A DNA stretch of 64,000 nucleotides from Lama glama (Eukaryota), in NCBI GenBank assembly GCA_028534125.1, contig CM052816.1:101370001-101434000 (forward strand). Reading direction: 5' to 3'. Positions 10,211 to 22,520 of the stretch are shown piece by piece. Numbering within the stretch: position 1 is the first letter of the stretch; each line of letters begins with the position of its first letter. Under the pieces are notes generated by a model that was not told the origin of the DNA, searched no databases, and saw only the letters and a list, made by a program, of their open reading frames with translations. Made by a program: the position numbers and the translations under genes.

Positions 10211-13200
10211 GGTCAGGCTGGAGGGCTGCTGAGGTGCTGGCTTTGGGGACAGCCGAGTGTCACTGCGTGGTGGAGCTGGTGTCGAGCTGCTGCCCCAGGG
10301 TCCTCCAGGCTCTCCTCCCGGGGACCTTGGCCAGATGCCCCCATCACTGGTCCCCCTCTGGCGAGGCTTGGACAGGACTGTGAGTCCTGGGTCATTGTCT
10401 GCTGGGACTGGCTGGTGCCAGCCCCCCGGGCACCCTCTGACCTCATTGCTCCTGGAGTGCAGAGCCCAGCCCAAGTCACATGGGTGTGGGGGGTGGGGGG
10501 AGCTTGGAGACCACCAAGGAAGCGCCGGCTCCTCCTGTCAGGCTGGCGCCACTTGGCCCTCTGGTCAGTGAGGCCTGGGTCACAGCTGTGCTTGTGTAAC
10601 TGCACCACCCTCCGGCCAGTCCCTTGGGTTGTGTCCTTTCCCTGTGCCCCATCCCTGCCTTTAATCACTGAACCACCTGCCACTCACCTTCCGTCTTGAG
10701 AACTCTGGTCAGCGTGGTGGCGCTGGGGCACGTGCCTCCATCAGACCTGCCCTGAGGTCAGAGTCAGGCGTGGACCCAACACGGGTCACTCAGTGGCCGC
10801 TGGTTCTCAGGTCACCCTCTTGGCCCCGGGAGCCATTTCGTGGGCTCCAGGAGGGGTGTGTGCGGCACCTGATGTGTGACCTGTGGCCTTAACCCCAGAG
10901 CCGAGGGGACCCTCCCCACGGCACCTCGGACTCCGCGCAGACCCGGGAACAGGTGCTTTTCTGTTTCTCTGTGAGCAGGTGATTTCCACAGGTCGTCGAT
11001 TAGTGTGAGTCAGAGCAACTCATTATTTAGTTACTACTGGGGTGTTGTGCCAGCGTCCACTCCGTTCTAGGGGAGGTGCCTTTGACAAAGGGTGTCCCAG
11101 CGAGAGCAGCGCTCAGCGGAGGGGTCTTGCTGACTGCGGGCAGCACAGTGAGCGGTGCCGGTTCTCCTGGACCCTGAGGGCCCCAGTCCAGGCTCCCCAG
11201 TGACCTGAGGCTGGGCTGGCTGGCCCCCCACGTGCCTCCCCACGGAAACTGGGGCCTCCACGGGCCTCAGCCTTACCTCTCAGCTGGCCTCCCAGTGGGC
11301 ACCCCCTTGCGTGGGGTGCTCTTCTGCCAGCAGAGCCTGGCCGTGGGGACAGCCCTGGGTCAGGCTGACCCGCTGGGCCTCCTTGCACCTGTGGCCCTTT
11401 CTGGCCCATCTTCTGTGCCTGCCCACGGTGCCCAGGCTGCTGGCCTTTGCCCCGGGGAAGCCCCCGTTTGGTTCCTGGCCTCTTCGTCCTCTCCCGGTGG
11501 GGCAGAAGCGGGTGTTGCCCAGGGCCCTTGACGCTGCGTGGGGGAGAAAGCAGGCTGTTGGGGGCCAGGATCCACCTGACCCTAGGATTGCCCACACCCA
11601 TTCCCCTCTTCCCGTGGGCCAGCTACCCAGCGTCCGTCCTCCTCTTCCCTCCCTCCCGCCCTCACTTGGGGCCAGAGGACCCAGGCAGGATGTGGGCCCC
11701 CCCACCCCGCCCTCCACTCCCAGCCTCCAGTGTGGAAACTGTGCTGAGCCAATGCCTGTCGGCCATGGGCTCCAGTGGTGCGGGAGTTGCAGGGGCACCC
11801 AGCCAGCAAGGATCAGTCAGTGGCTTTCTGTCATCCCCACTCCATGAGAACAAAAGACCCAGTGTCTGACGCTGCTGTGAAGACCATGCAGGCTAAGTTT
11901 ACAAACGCAAACGCAGGTTCTGTCAGCGGGCCCTGGGGGGCAGCCAGGAAGCGGAGCGGTGGGATGCCGTCCTGTCTCCTCTCACACTCGGGTGTATGTC
12001 GGTGGCTGAGCGGAGGCTGTGTCAGCCCTCCTGGGCCCCTGCCACTCCGGACCCGGAGGGGACCCCAGCACATCTGGTCCCAGGCGTGGCCCCCGCTCCC
12101 TGGGGGAGTCTGGTTGGGCTGCGCTGGCCAGCGGTGGGCTCTGCCTTCTCTCTGCCTCAGACAGGGTGTCCACCAACTCTGGTGGACACCATCCCGCATG
12201 CCCGGCTCCGCAAGCCTGTGGCACACACTGGGCCTGACACTGCGCTTTAGAGCCGCCTCTGTGCGCTCCGCGGAGGTGCCGAGATTTTGTGCTGGGACAG
12301 GAGCCACCTGTGGCTTCTTCACCCAGGGGAGGCGGCAGCTGCTGTCTCCAGGTGTGACCACCGCCCTGCAGCCCCTGAGCTGTGAGCAGGCAGGAGCGGG
12401 GCTGAGGGCGGCAGGGGGCACCTGCAGAGCCTCCGTCTCAGAAGAGAGGCCGGGCTCCGTGTGGTGGCCATGTCACGAGTGCCGGGGGGGCCGGGGGATG
12501 GGCCTGGTGAACCGTCTTCCTTCCACTCTGCCCGGGAAAGGGGTGCTAGTGAGCATTTCTAGTGCAGTTCCTTCAGGGGAACCGACAGGGGGGTTCAGGG
12601 CCCCCACCTGCCCCCCTTCCCCCGTGTTCCCCCCCATCCTGAGTGCCACACTCCCCTCAGCCGCCTCCGCCTCTTTGTGGCTGGGGTGGGCTGCGTCTGA
12701 AACAGACTCTGAGTGAAAGGTTCTGGAAGTGGGAGCTGTGGCCAGTCGCCGTGGCTCAGGGCCAGTGCACAGTGGCCTGTCCCTTCCACGGGGAGGGACA
12801 TCCTCCTGGCTGTAGGGCCTGCGGGAGGCCATTGGCACTGGCTGAGGGGACGCGAGGCCCAGACAGCCCGTCCATCTGGGCGGTGGGAGCCCAGGGACCC
12901 AGTCTGGTCAGGCACCACCCTCAGCCAGGGTGGGCAGGCATCTCAACCACCAGCCCCAAAGCTGCCCATGGACAAGGGTGGGTGTGGGCTGGCAAGGCGG
13001 CTGAGGACCCAGCAGGCTCTCCCTGGGATTCTCAGCAGCACCCACAGCCCGGGGCCTTCGGAGCCTCTGTCGTGCCTGGTCTGAGCCTGACGCCCCCACC
13101 CGATGTTGGCCTGAGCTGGTCTGCAGGCCTGGGAGCAGCGGACAGGGGCCTGAGGCAGAGGGGCTCCAGAGAGCTTCCTCCTGCCCACTCTATGGGCTGC

Positions 13201-14639
13201 CCTCTGCCCGGCTTCCCTGGCTCCCCGCCCCCAGCACAGCCCACAGGCATCTCCCGCCCTCACCCTGCTTCCACCTGGATCTGACGCTGGGGCAGCAGAG
13301 TCCCACAGACCCTCCCTCAGAGTTGTACCTGGAGGGCTGTAGCGCAGGCCGCCAGCTCTGAACACTTGTGTGAGTGTGTGTCTGTGTGTGTGTCTGCGTC
13401 CGTGTGTGTCCATTATCTGTGCATCCGTGTGTGTCTATTGTCTCTGTGTGCACTTTGGTTTTCAGTGCGAGGGGGTGAAGGGCTGCCCCCCAAGCCTTGG
13501 AGATGCTCTGGCTGGAGAACAACACTGTGTGACAGAAGGCTCAAACTCGAGGGGACGAGGCTCCTTCATGATTTGGGATCTGGGGGCCCCGGGACATGAA
13601 GGGGACGAGGCTGAGAACGGTCCTCAGGTCCTGCCCACGGTCCCTGCTCTGCCAGGCACAAGGACGCTTCCGCACATGGAGAGTTGGCTCCCCAGGTCCG
13701 CTTCCGTGATGGGCTCGGGGCGGCCTGCACTGTGGGGGAGCCCACCTCCCCGCCCAGACAGTGCCACTGAAGGTCGTGCGTGCTGAAGGGAGGTTCGGGA
13801 AGCAGGTCGTAGTTTCTGCTCAAGGTGCCTTTCAGGGAAAAGTCTGTTTCCCTGCCTGAATCAGTGCATTCGCAGCAGAACGAGGTTGGCGACCGTGTCC
13901 CGAGGGGACACACCCGAGCTGCTGTCCAGGGTCCAGGGGGAGGCCGCCCCGGCCCTGGAGTCAGAACACCCGCCACCCCGGGCCGACCTGGCCCCTTTGG
14001 CGGAACTGCTCCCTGGCTCTCGGCCGCGTGTTCCCGGGGGAGCCGCCCCGCCGCTCGCGGGCTCTGAGCTGCTGCTGAAGGGCCCGGCGTGGTGATTTCT
14101 GGCACAGCCTAAAGGGCACCGTATGGGCACGTCCAGCCTTTCTCTTCTCTGCTGCTTAACGTGCAGCTCGGCTTCTCTTTTGGGGGGGTGGGGGGTGTGA
14201 CTGTGGTGGGCTTTGAGGTACCAGCTCCCTTTACACATCAAACTTTTCTTTAAATAAAAGCTGTAACACCCCCAAGAGAGAATCAGGGCTTGGTCTCAGA
14301 GTGGAATCCACACAGCAGGGCGGGGCCTCGGCCCCGGAGGCCCTGGGTGAGCCCGGCCCCCGTCCTCACTGCCCAGCCCCACACCCGTGCGGTTCGCGCA
14401 GGAAACAAGCACGAGGACGTGTGTGTCCTGGCGGCCACGCCGACGTCCCTCACCCGCCGCGAGGCTGCCAGGGCAGGCCAGCCTCCAGGCGCCCCCGCTG
14501 CCCTGCCCTCGCCCCTCCCACACGGGGCCGCGTCCCCATGAGTGAGGGCTGCGCCTGCAAACGTGGGCGTAGGCTGGGCGACCGGACGTGTGCCCATGGG
14601 TGTTGGCTGCTGTGCAAATGGGGGGGGCGGTCAAAAGGT

Positions 14640-15615
14640 TTCTGTAGACCCAGGGCTGAAAGTTGCAGACAGGCATCGGAGGACGCTACCGAAGACGACT
14701 CGCAGAAGGCAGGAAACGTCTGCAGCTCGCACATGTGATGAGGGGTTGGTACCCGAAACACAGCAGAGCCCCCACAGCTCGGCAACAAATGGCAAACCAA
14801 CTTAAATGTGGCCGGAGGAACTGAATGGACCTGGCTCCAGAGAAGACACGTGGCTGGCTGATAAGCACATGGGAGGGTGGGCAGCATCCCTGGTCTTTAG
14901 GGAAGTGCAGGCCGGTGCCACAACGAGAAACCACCCTCGCCCACCTGAAGGGCTGTGTGAAAAAGCACAAAGTAACAGGTGCTGACAAGGAAGTGGAGAA
15001 GCAGTAGCACCGTGCACTGTTGGCGGGAGCACAAAATGGCACGGGCCTGTGGAAAAGGGCATGGCAGTCCCTCAGAAAGTTAGAGAATTACCATGAGGCT
15101 CAGAGATGCCACTCCTGGGTGTGCACACAGAGGAGCTGACAGCGAGGACGTGGACAGAACCTGCACCCCATGCGCACAGCTGTGTCACTCCCAGCAGCTG
15201 AACGTGGAGACAACACAGGCGTCTGTCAGCAGGTGATGGACAAACACAGCATGGTCCATCCATGCGGTGGAGTATTATTCAGCCTTGAAAAGGAAGGATG
15301 TCTGGCACACTGCACACAGATGACCTTGAGGCCGTGTTGCTCAGTGAAAGAAGCCAGTCACAGAGGCACAAATCCTGTTTGAGCCCGTTTCTGTGAGGTC
15401 CCCGGAGAGGCCAGATCCATAGAGACAGAGGGCTGGGGGGGGGGCCAGGGCTGGGGGGCAGTGTTTGACAAGGACAGAGCGTCAGTTTGGGAAGACGAGG
15501 AGGCTCTAGAGGTGGCGGTGACACAGCGGTGTGGCCGTGCTTGATGGCACTGAGCTGGCGCTTTCAAATGCCTGAAAATGCTCCATTTTACAGTGTCTGT
15601 GTGTTACCATGATAT
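14640..15615 (+). mobile_element. Ancient L1MB-like element: ORF2 3' end plus 3' UTR, strongly GC-shifted
   Basis: Colinear L1 landmarks: ataagcacat...tagggaagtgca...ccactcctgggt...gagtattattcagccttgaaaaggaag...cagtgaaagaagccagtcacaga...catagagacagag...cagtttgggaagacga. Confidence 0.85.
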
Positions 15616-15895
15616 AGGGAAGTACTCAAAAGAGTGCAAGCAGGAGAGCAGGGCCAGACTGAGAGGAAACACCCCTCCCCACCTGTTCCTCCGACAGAGC
15701 CCTGTGTCTTGTCTTCCGGGAGAGGCCAGATTGATTAAATCCAGTCGCACCACGCAGGCGTTCCCAGGAGTGGTCCTTCCTAATCTGAATTACTCTCTGC
15801 AGGGCATGAGTTCAGGCCTCTTGTAGGAGTGTGTTTGTCCAGGGACCTTCCTGTTTCAAATGACTCCATGGGTGACCCTTCCAGCTGGTCAGGGA

Positions 15896-16120
15896 ATGTG
15901 TCTGTGTGCATGTGTGTTTGTGCATGTGTGTCAGTGTGCATATGTATGCACACGTGTGTCTGCACACGTGTGCCTGTGTGCATGTGTGCGAACACACGTC
16001 TGTGTGCATGTGCACACATATATCTCTGTGTACATGTGGGTACACATGTCTGTGTGCACGTGTGTCTCTGTGTGCACGTGTGTCTCTGGGCGTGCACATG
16101 CATGCGTGCACATGCATGAG
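15896..16120. repeat. Degenerate (TG/CA)n alternating purine-pyrimidine tract
   Basis: gtgtgcatgtgtg...; similar tracts at 2222-2272, 13365-13450, 20213-20470, 36230-36308, 57630-57695. Confidence 0.85.
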
Positions 16121-16427
16121 TGAGGTTTCTCCTGCCCCAGCCGAGCCACCATCACACTGGGCCCTCAAGCGGCATAGTTGCTAGGCCACACCACGTCATC
16201 ATCTCCTGTGACCACCCAGTGAGCGAGGGGACGAGGGGAGCTGGCCTCCAGGACGTTCTCCAGAGCTGGGCAGACTCAGGCCCCTGTCCTCCAGGTAGGG
16301 AAGCCCTGCCTTGTAGCAACCTGGCCCCACATCATCCCCACTGGGAGCTGAGCCTGCACTGAAGGGCTCTGGGAAGTTCCCTCAGAGCCAGGACGGAGCA
16401 GCGATGCTCACAGACAAGATGTGGGGT

Positions 16428-16806
16428 GTGTAGTGCTGGGCCCAGAGAAGCAGGCCCAGCAGTATGTGTGGATACAGAGGGAGATTTACTTTAAGGAACT
16501 GGTCCACGAGACCCTGGCTTGGAGAGTCCAGAATCTGCAGGGAGGGCAGTGGGCTGGAGAATCAGGAAGGGCTGACATTTGAGTCCACAGGTCCCCTGCT
16601 CAGGGAGGTCAGCCTCCATTCTGTCCAGGCCGTCAACTGATTGGACGAAGCCCGCCTACATCAGGGAAGGCAGCCTGCTCACTCCGTCCACCAGTTTAAA
16701 TGTTAACCTCACCCAAAAACACCTCACAGAAACATCCAGAAAAATCCTTGACTCAAGATCTGGGCACCATGGCCCAGCCAAGGTGACACGTAAAATTACC
16801 ACCACG
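16428..16806 (-). mobile_element. MLT2-type (ERVL) solo LTR
   Basis: gagatttactttaaggaactgg...tcaactgattggacgaagcccgcctacatc...aatgttaacctcacccaaaaacacctcacagaaacatccaga...ggcccagccaaggtgacacgtaaaattacc. Confidence 0.85.
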
Positions 16807-17659
16807 ACAGTGAGAAGAAAGTGCTAGAAACAGCTGCCGTGGAAACCGCTCCTGGGGTGGCTTTGTGTGCAACTTGCCCTCCCCAGCTGGTCACCTGCCA
16901 GTGTGGACACTGTGGGACAGGCACTCGTCATGGTGGTGAAGAGCCGTGGCCTCTGCTCCCCGGACGCCACTTTCCAGTTGCCTGCAGGTAACCTGCCCCG
17001 TCATTTAATCACCATCCCGTGTGTCCCCACCACCCACCCTCCACCTGCCACACTGTTTCTGTGCTTGAATTCCTGCCTCCAAACTGCAGTGATGATGCTC
17101 AGGCCAAGAACCGTCCGGGGCGGGGGGACCAGTTAAAGTTGGAATTTGTGACTTACGGATTTCACTCAAAGGGGCCTCTGCTGAGGATGCGCCTGGGCTG
17201 GGCAGACCGAGCTGACGGGGCGGTGGCGAGGCCCCGGCAGGGGAGGGGAGCCTGGCAGCCGTCCTTTCTTGCTGTGCAGCTGCCCTTGGACTTGCTGTCT
17301 GTGTAGCTGGCGGGCCCGTTCAGGCAGCCTCTGTGCGACCCCGGGCTGTGGTGCCCGGGCCCCTGCCCTGAGCTCGAGGGCAGGCGGGGCCCTCAGTGGA
17401 CGAGCGGGGCTGGGAGGTGGGAGAGTCGGAAGAGGTGCACACGCCGCACAGCTCAGAGCTTCTCCGGCTTCTTTTGGGAAGGATGCCCGGTATGGCCCGG
17501 GTGTCCCAGGAAGCTCTGGGACACTGCACGCTGGCTCATCTTCCAGAGGGGCTTCCAGGGACCCCGAGGACTGGGGTCCACCAGACCTGCCCTTAGCTCA
17601 GTGGCACCTGAGACACCATGATGGCCGTGACGACCATGACAGCTGTGACCGCTGTGACC

Positions 17660-17857
17660 ACTGTGGACTGAGTCACGTCCCCAAATTCTTCTGTAGGAGT
17701 CCTAACCCCAGGAGCTCCGCGTGTCACTGCCTGTGGAGCTGGACCTTTAAACAGGCTGTTAGGGGAAACGAGGTCACAAGGGGGCCCTTCCAGCTCGTCC
17801 TGGTAAGGAGAGGCCAGGACGCAGATGCGCACAGAGGGATGGCCACGTGAGGACACA
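17660..17857 (+). mobile_element. MLT1A/B-type MaLR LTR, 5' part
   Basis: tgtggactgagtcacgtccccaaattc...gtcctaacccc...ctttaaacagg...gtcctggtaaggagagg...cacgtgaggacacag. Confidence 0.75.
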
Positions 17858-20212
17858 GTTTGTTCCGCCTGAGCTGATAAGGGCCGCAGGCACCCACTGC
17901 CCCCGCCAGACAGGCCTGTCTTGGCTCAGCCTCCTCGGTGACCCTGCCCTGAGCACCCAGCTGGCTCCCCTAATAGCCTCCCCATCGTGGTCCACCTGAG
18001 GTCACTCTGAGCCATCACAGACATGCAGGGACTGTGTCAGGTGCTCCTGGAAGGCTTCCCCTGGACCGACGCTCCCTCCCCTGAAGCCTCCTCCACCGGC
18101 TCCCGGCCCCTCCCCCGCTGGCCACCTGAGCCCTCCCCAGGGCCAGGCTGCTGTCTTCCCGTTGCCTGGAGACCCGAGAGCTCTTGTCCCCCTGGACTAG
18201 ATGGAGACCAGGCGGCACCGCCACCCTGAGCAGAGGCCATGCTGGGCACTCTGGGCGGCGACTGAGCCCATCCCCTGTCCCCCATCCCCCGTTTAGGAAG
18301 GACACCTCTCTGAGGGGCTGCTGGGAGGGACCGGGGAACCAGCAGGCAATACCAGTGGCCCACCTCCATTCCCGTCCACCTGTGTCCACTGGCCTGGGGG
18401 TGTTAATGAGCCAAGGGTGCCCAGACGGTCTTCCACAGGGGCTCTCAGAGGGGCAGTCAGGACTAACTCAGGGACTGCCAGGCCACACTGCCCGGGCGCA
18501 CACGGGGGCTGCCTTCCTCCACAGGACTAGCCTGGGGCCACACAGGCCCGTGGGCCTGGGTCTCCCCCTGGCAGGCTGCCTTCCATGGACGAGCCTGTGC
18601 ACATTGACCTGCAGAAATGGGTCCCCCGGCCTCTGGGGTGTGCACCTGCCCCATGGGCATGCTCTCTGCAGGGTTCCTACCTGTGAACCTGCCCCGGGCT
18701 TGGGGCCCTGCAGGGAAGGGATCGCTGTGTCCGGGAGCTGGTGGACCGGGCGGCTGCCTCCCGCTTGGTCCTGACGTGTGACGCTCCGGAGTGAGCAGGA
18801 AGGGCCTCGGCTGCAAAGGCTGCTTCCAGGAACAGTGCCCTAGGCTGCCCAGTGTCCACCAAGGACAAAGGCCCTGGAGCGGTGCCAGCTTTAGGACACA
18901 GCTGTGGACATGAGTGGGACCGCCTGGTGGGTGAGTGGTGGCCGTGCCCCCGAGCTGGCAGGGCGAGGGGGTCGCCCTGCCATGCCACTCGTTTGGCAGA
19001 GAGGCTGACGGGCAGAGGAGTGGCAGGGCGTCCCCGCGGAGAGGGGGTGCGGGTGCCCCGACGGGGCCGTGGCCTGGGGAGGCCGAGGGGCCGTGAGGAG
19101 TGGGCGTCATCTGAGGTCGGCGAGGGTGGCCCTGAGCTGGAGGAGGCATCGCTGAGCAAGTCCCGAGCTTCGGGAGGCATCGCTGCTGAGGCTGTGGTCT
19201 GGCTTCAGGGCTGGTGGCTGCAGAGGCCGTGGGCCATGGATCCTTGTCACTGTGTCTCGGGCATGCGGTGGGGCTGCGAGGAGGGTGGGCTCCGGGTCTT
19301 CCTGGACTCGAATGTTTCGGTTGTTGGCTTGTGTTTAGGTTCCCAGAGGGGACCCCGTGCCCACCCATGGGGGTGGACACCCCGCCGTTGAGACAGTGCA
19401 CTTCAGGGGGACCGGGGGGACAGAGCCCCACAGTGACCAGGGGAACGTTGTGGGCCAGGCCCCGTGGGGCACTCCCGCTGCTGTCCAAGAGAGGCACGTA
19501 CCCTAGAGCCGCGCCCCCGCCGCTGCAGACGCCCCGGGGCGATTGCTCCGCTGGACGGAGAAGCTGGGCTTAGTGCTCGGCGGCGGCGGGCACGTGCCTC
19601 CCGCTTTCTCTTTCACTCTCGGGGCCCTGACTGTCCCTCTCCCAGGTCACTGGCCTCCTTGCGGCGGGAGGGTGCCATTCTGCTCCTCAGAGAAGCCTGT
19701 GGACGCTGAGTCATAAGCCGCTCGCAGCCACAGGAACACAGTGCCCGGTCACACAGCCGGGCCCTGGCGGCCGTGGGGGCCCGCGGGTCTGGGGAGGAAG
19801 TCCTCCTTTCCCTGGGTGTGCCCGCGGTGGAAACGCCCTGCAGACGGAGGTGCCCTTTGCCCTCGTCCTCCCTGCAGCCCTTGGGCCCGGGCGGGGTGGC
19901 TCTGCCGCTGCCTCTTCCCTCCCCTCGTCCAGCCCTGCCTCCCGGGCTGCCCCAGCTCACCACTGACCCCAGGGTCCCACAGCTGTCCCAGGGGAGCAGC
20001 CCCGACCCCATCTGGTGTCTGGCTGTGACGCCTGATCTGACCCAGCTGCTACCCCAGAGGGTCCACTCACCTCCCTGCACTGGGCAGCGGTGGGTCCCAT
20101 GGAGGCGCAGAGAGGATGCCGGGGGAGAGGGGACTGGAGGGTGATGCGCACTCCTGGGGGGGCAGGAGCGACACCCAGATGAAGGAGGGTGTCTGTTAGG
20201 GGGTGTCGCCTA

Positions 20213-20470
20213 TCTGTGCATGTACATGTGTGCCTGTGGGGCTGTGTGTGTGCAGGTAAGTGTGTATGTCCATGTGTCTGTGCATCTGTGTGTGTGCACA
20301 CCTGTGTATTTCTCTGAGTGGGCATATGTGTCTCTGTGTCCATGTGTGTCTTGTGTACATGTGTGTGCACACATGTCTGTGTGCGTGTCTGTTTACATGT
20401 GTGTGCATGCATGTCTGTGCACATGTGTGTTTACGTGTGTGCGTGTCTGTGTGCACATGTGCACGTGTGT
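20213..20470. repeat. Degenerate (TG/CA)n tract
   Basis: tgtgcatgtacatgtgtg... Confidence 0.85.
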
Positions 20471-20919
20471 TGGGGCTGAGTTGGCCCAGGTGGGCAGCTG
20501 GCCTGGGTCTGACAGGCCAAGGCGTCAGCAGGGACGGGAGCGGGAAGTGGCCTGATCAGAAGGAGGCCGTGGGGCCCTCCCAAGGATGGGCTCAGGATGA
20601 GGGGATGGGGAGCCAGGCCTGGCTGAGCAGGGAAGGTAACTTTCAGGAGAGAATCAGGGGTCCCGGGGGCAAGGAATGAGGTGCTGACCCCACTGCACAG
20701 CCCACCTCAGGGCAGGGACACTGTGGACATCACGGGGTGGGGGTGGCTGACAGTCCCACAGCCGCAGGCACTAGAGCCGGGCTGAGGGCCTGGGATGACT
20801 CGCTGGCCCCATGCTGCGCGCCGAGGCCAGAAGAGCCTCCTGGTGACCACTCACCGAGCCAGCTGGACCTCGGGCACCTTGGGGGTGGGTGGGACCTGCA
20901 GGAGCCCCCCACTGGCTAG

Positions 20920-21590
20920 AGCTTTCTTTCTGTGGTGAAATACACAGAACGTAAAGTTCACCCTCAACCACTTTTGTGCACAGCTCAGTGGGGTCAAGCA
21001 CAGTCACACAGTGTGCAGCTGGCACCACCACCTCCAGAAAATTCTTGTCTCCCCAGAGTGACAGGGGCACGCATTAACGCTAACTCTCCGGCCCCGGCTC
21101 CACCACTTGCCTGCTGTCTCTGTGACCCCGGTTCCCCGCGTCCCTCAGGCAGGTGGGGTCCCGCTGCGACCGGCTGCTTTCACTGAGCATCACGCCCTCG
21201 GGGTCCCCCAGTCACTGCAGGCGTCAGAACTGCCTTCTACTTTCAGGCTGCATAACATCTCCTTGTGCGATCGCACCGCACTGTGATCGCCCACCCTCTG
21301 CTGATGGACACAGGGTGGCTCCCGCCTCCCGGCTCCCGGGAACACGCTGCTGTGAACGTGGGGGCGGTTATCTCCCCAAGACCCTGCCTGCCGTTCTCCT
21401 GGGTAAATACCAGGCGCTGGATTGCGAGATTGCGCAGTGATTCTGCGTTTAATCTTTGAGGGATCTTCACACTGTTTTCCACGTTGGCTGCACCGTCTCA
21501 CATTCTCCCCAGCAGCACACCGCGTTCCCATCTCTCCACATCCTCGCCTGTTACTGTGTGCTGTCTTGATAGTAGCCACCCTAACAGGTG
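20920..21590 (-). mobile_element. Ancient L1MB-like 3' end, antisense, GC-shifted
   Basis: Minus-strand ORF 21190-21579 (MATIKTAHSNRRGCGEMGT...PGIYP) is a relic of the L1 ORF2 C-terminus (MAIIKK..NNRCWRGCGEIGT...LLGIYP); the 3' UTR landmark gtggtgaaatacacagaacgtaaagttcacc is present. Confidence 0.85.
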
Positions 21591-22369
21591 CTGAAGTTTG
21601 GAACGCTTTGGAACCGTGTCACTGGCCCGGCATCTGGGAACTGGAGCTGCGTGGGGACTAAGGACTGGTTACCCCAGAGCAACGCCAGCCCGGAGCTTCC
21701 AGGGCATCCGGACACTTGCTCTCTGGTGGCCGGAGTCTGTCCTGAGAGCACCCGTGGTGCCGAGGGCTGCGCAGGTTTGGGGCCACCCCCAAGCGTTCTC
21801 TCCGCTGCACTTGTGTACCCCCAGCCAGCCTGTCCAGGGGCTCACTGCCTCTGTTGGCCAGGGTTGTAACCCGGCTCACCTGGGAGTACTCGGGAAGGTA
21901 AAGACAGAGTGACAGCTGGGCCGCTGAATCCACCGTGCTTCCTGGGCCAAGCCCCCAGTCGCTAAGTTCTCTGAGGTTCCACCGAAGAAGAAAGCTTGAA
22001 ACTCCAGGCTGAAGCTGAGGACCGTCTCCAGGTGCTTCCCGGTGATGCGGCTGTGGGGATGCCGGCAGCGAGCGCCCCCCAGTGGCAGGCCAGCACTGCT
22101 CTCAGAACCTGCCCTGGAGGCACTTAGCCAGGCACCCTTGCCTGTCTTGCAGCAGGGCCTGCTGACTAGAAAAGAGATGACCACGTGCACTTGATTGCTG
22201 GGCTCCTCTTGTCAAATTGTCCCCGGGTAGGGGGCTGCGGGGCGGAGTCCCACGAGCACACGTGGAAGCCTTCTGCCCCCTGGGAGAGGCGGGCGGGCGC
22301 GGAGGCCTGAAGTCAGGGCAGGCTTGTCCGCCTGCACCCCCACCGCCACCATGTATTGCAGCCAGACCC

Positions 22370-22520
22370 GCTGATGACGCCGGGCGCTGGGAAAGCTAAG
22401 TTTCAGACAGCCACAAGCAATTCTCATGGCAGGCGATTTGTGGGACATGCATACCCAAAAGCTCGGTACTTACCTGAAATTCAAATGTGACCAATGCCCT
22501 GTGCTTACCTGGCCACCCCC
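22370..22520. mobile_element. MER53-like hAT MITE remnant
   Basis: aagtttcagacag...tgggacatgcatac...tacctgaaattcaaatgtgacc...cctgtgcttacctggccaccc; quasi-palindromic layout. Confidence 0.6.

Noticed and set aside
9265-10383. 372-aa ORF overlapping the upstream CpG island
   Set aside because: Only 9940-10129 looks coding. The Pro/Arg-rich part upstream (including the in-frame ATG at ~9646) is C-rich promoter sequence, and the part after 10129 is intron read-through.
15780-16184. His/Thr- and Cys/Val-rich ORFs (also 19957-20679, 13366-13786, 26513-26988)
   Set aside because: Translations of TG/CA simple repeats, not metal-binding proteins
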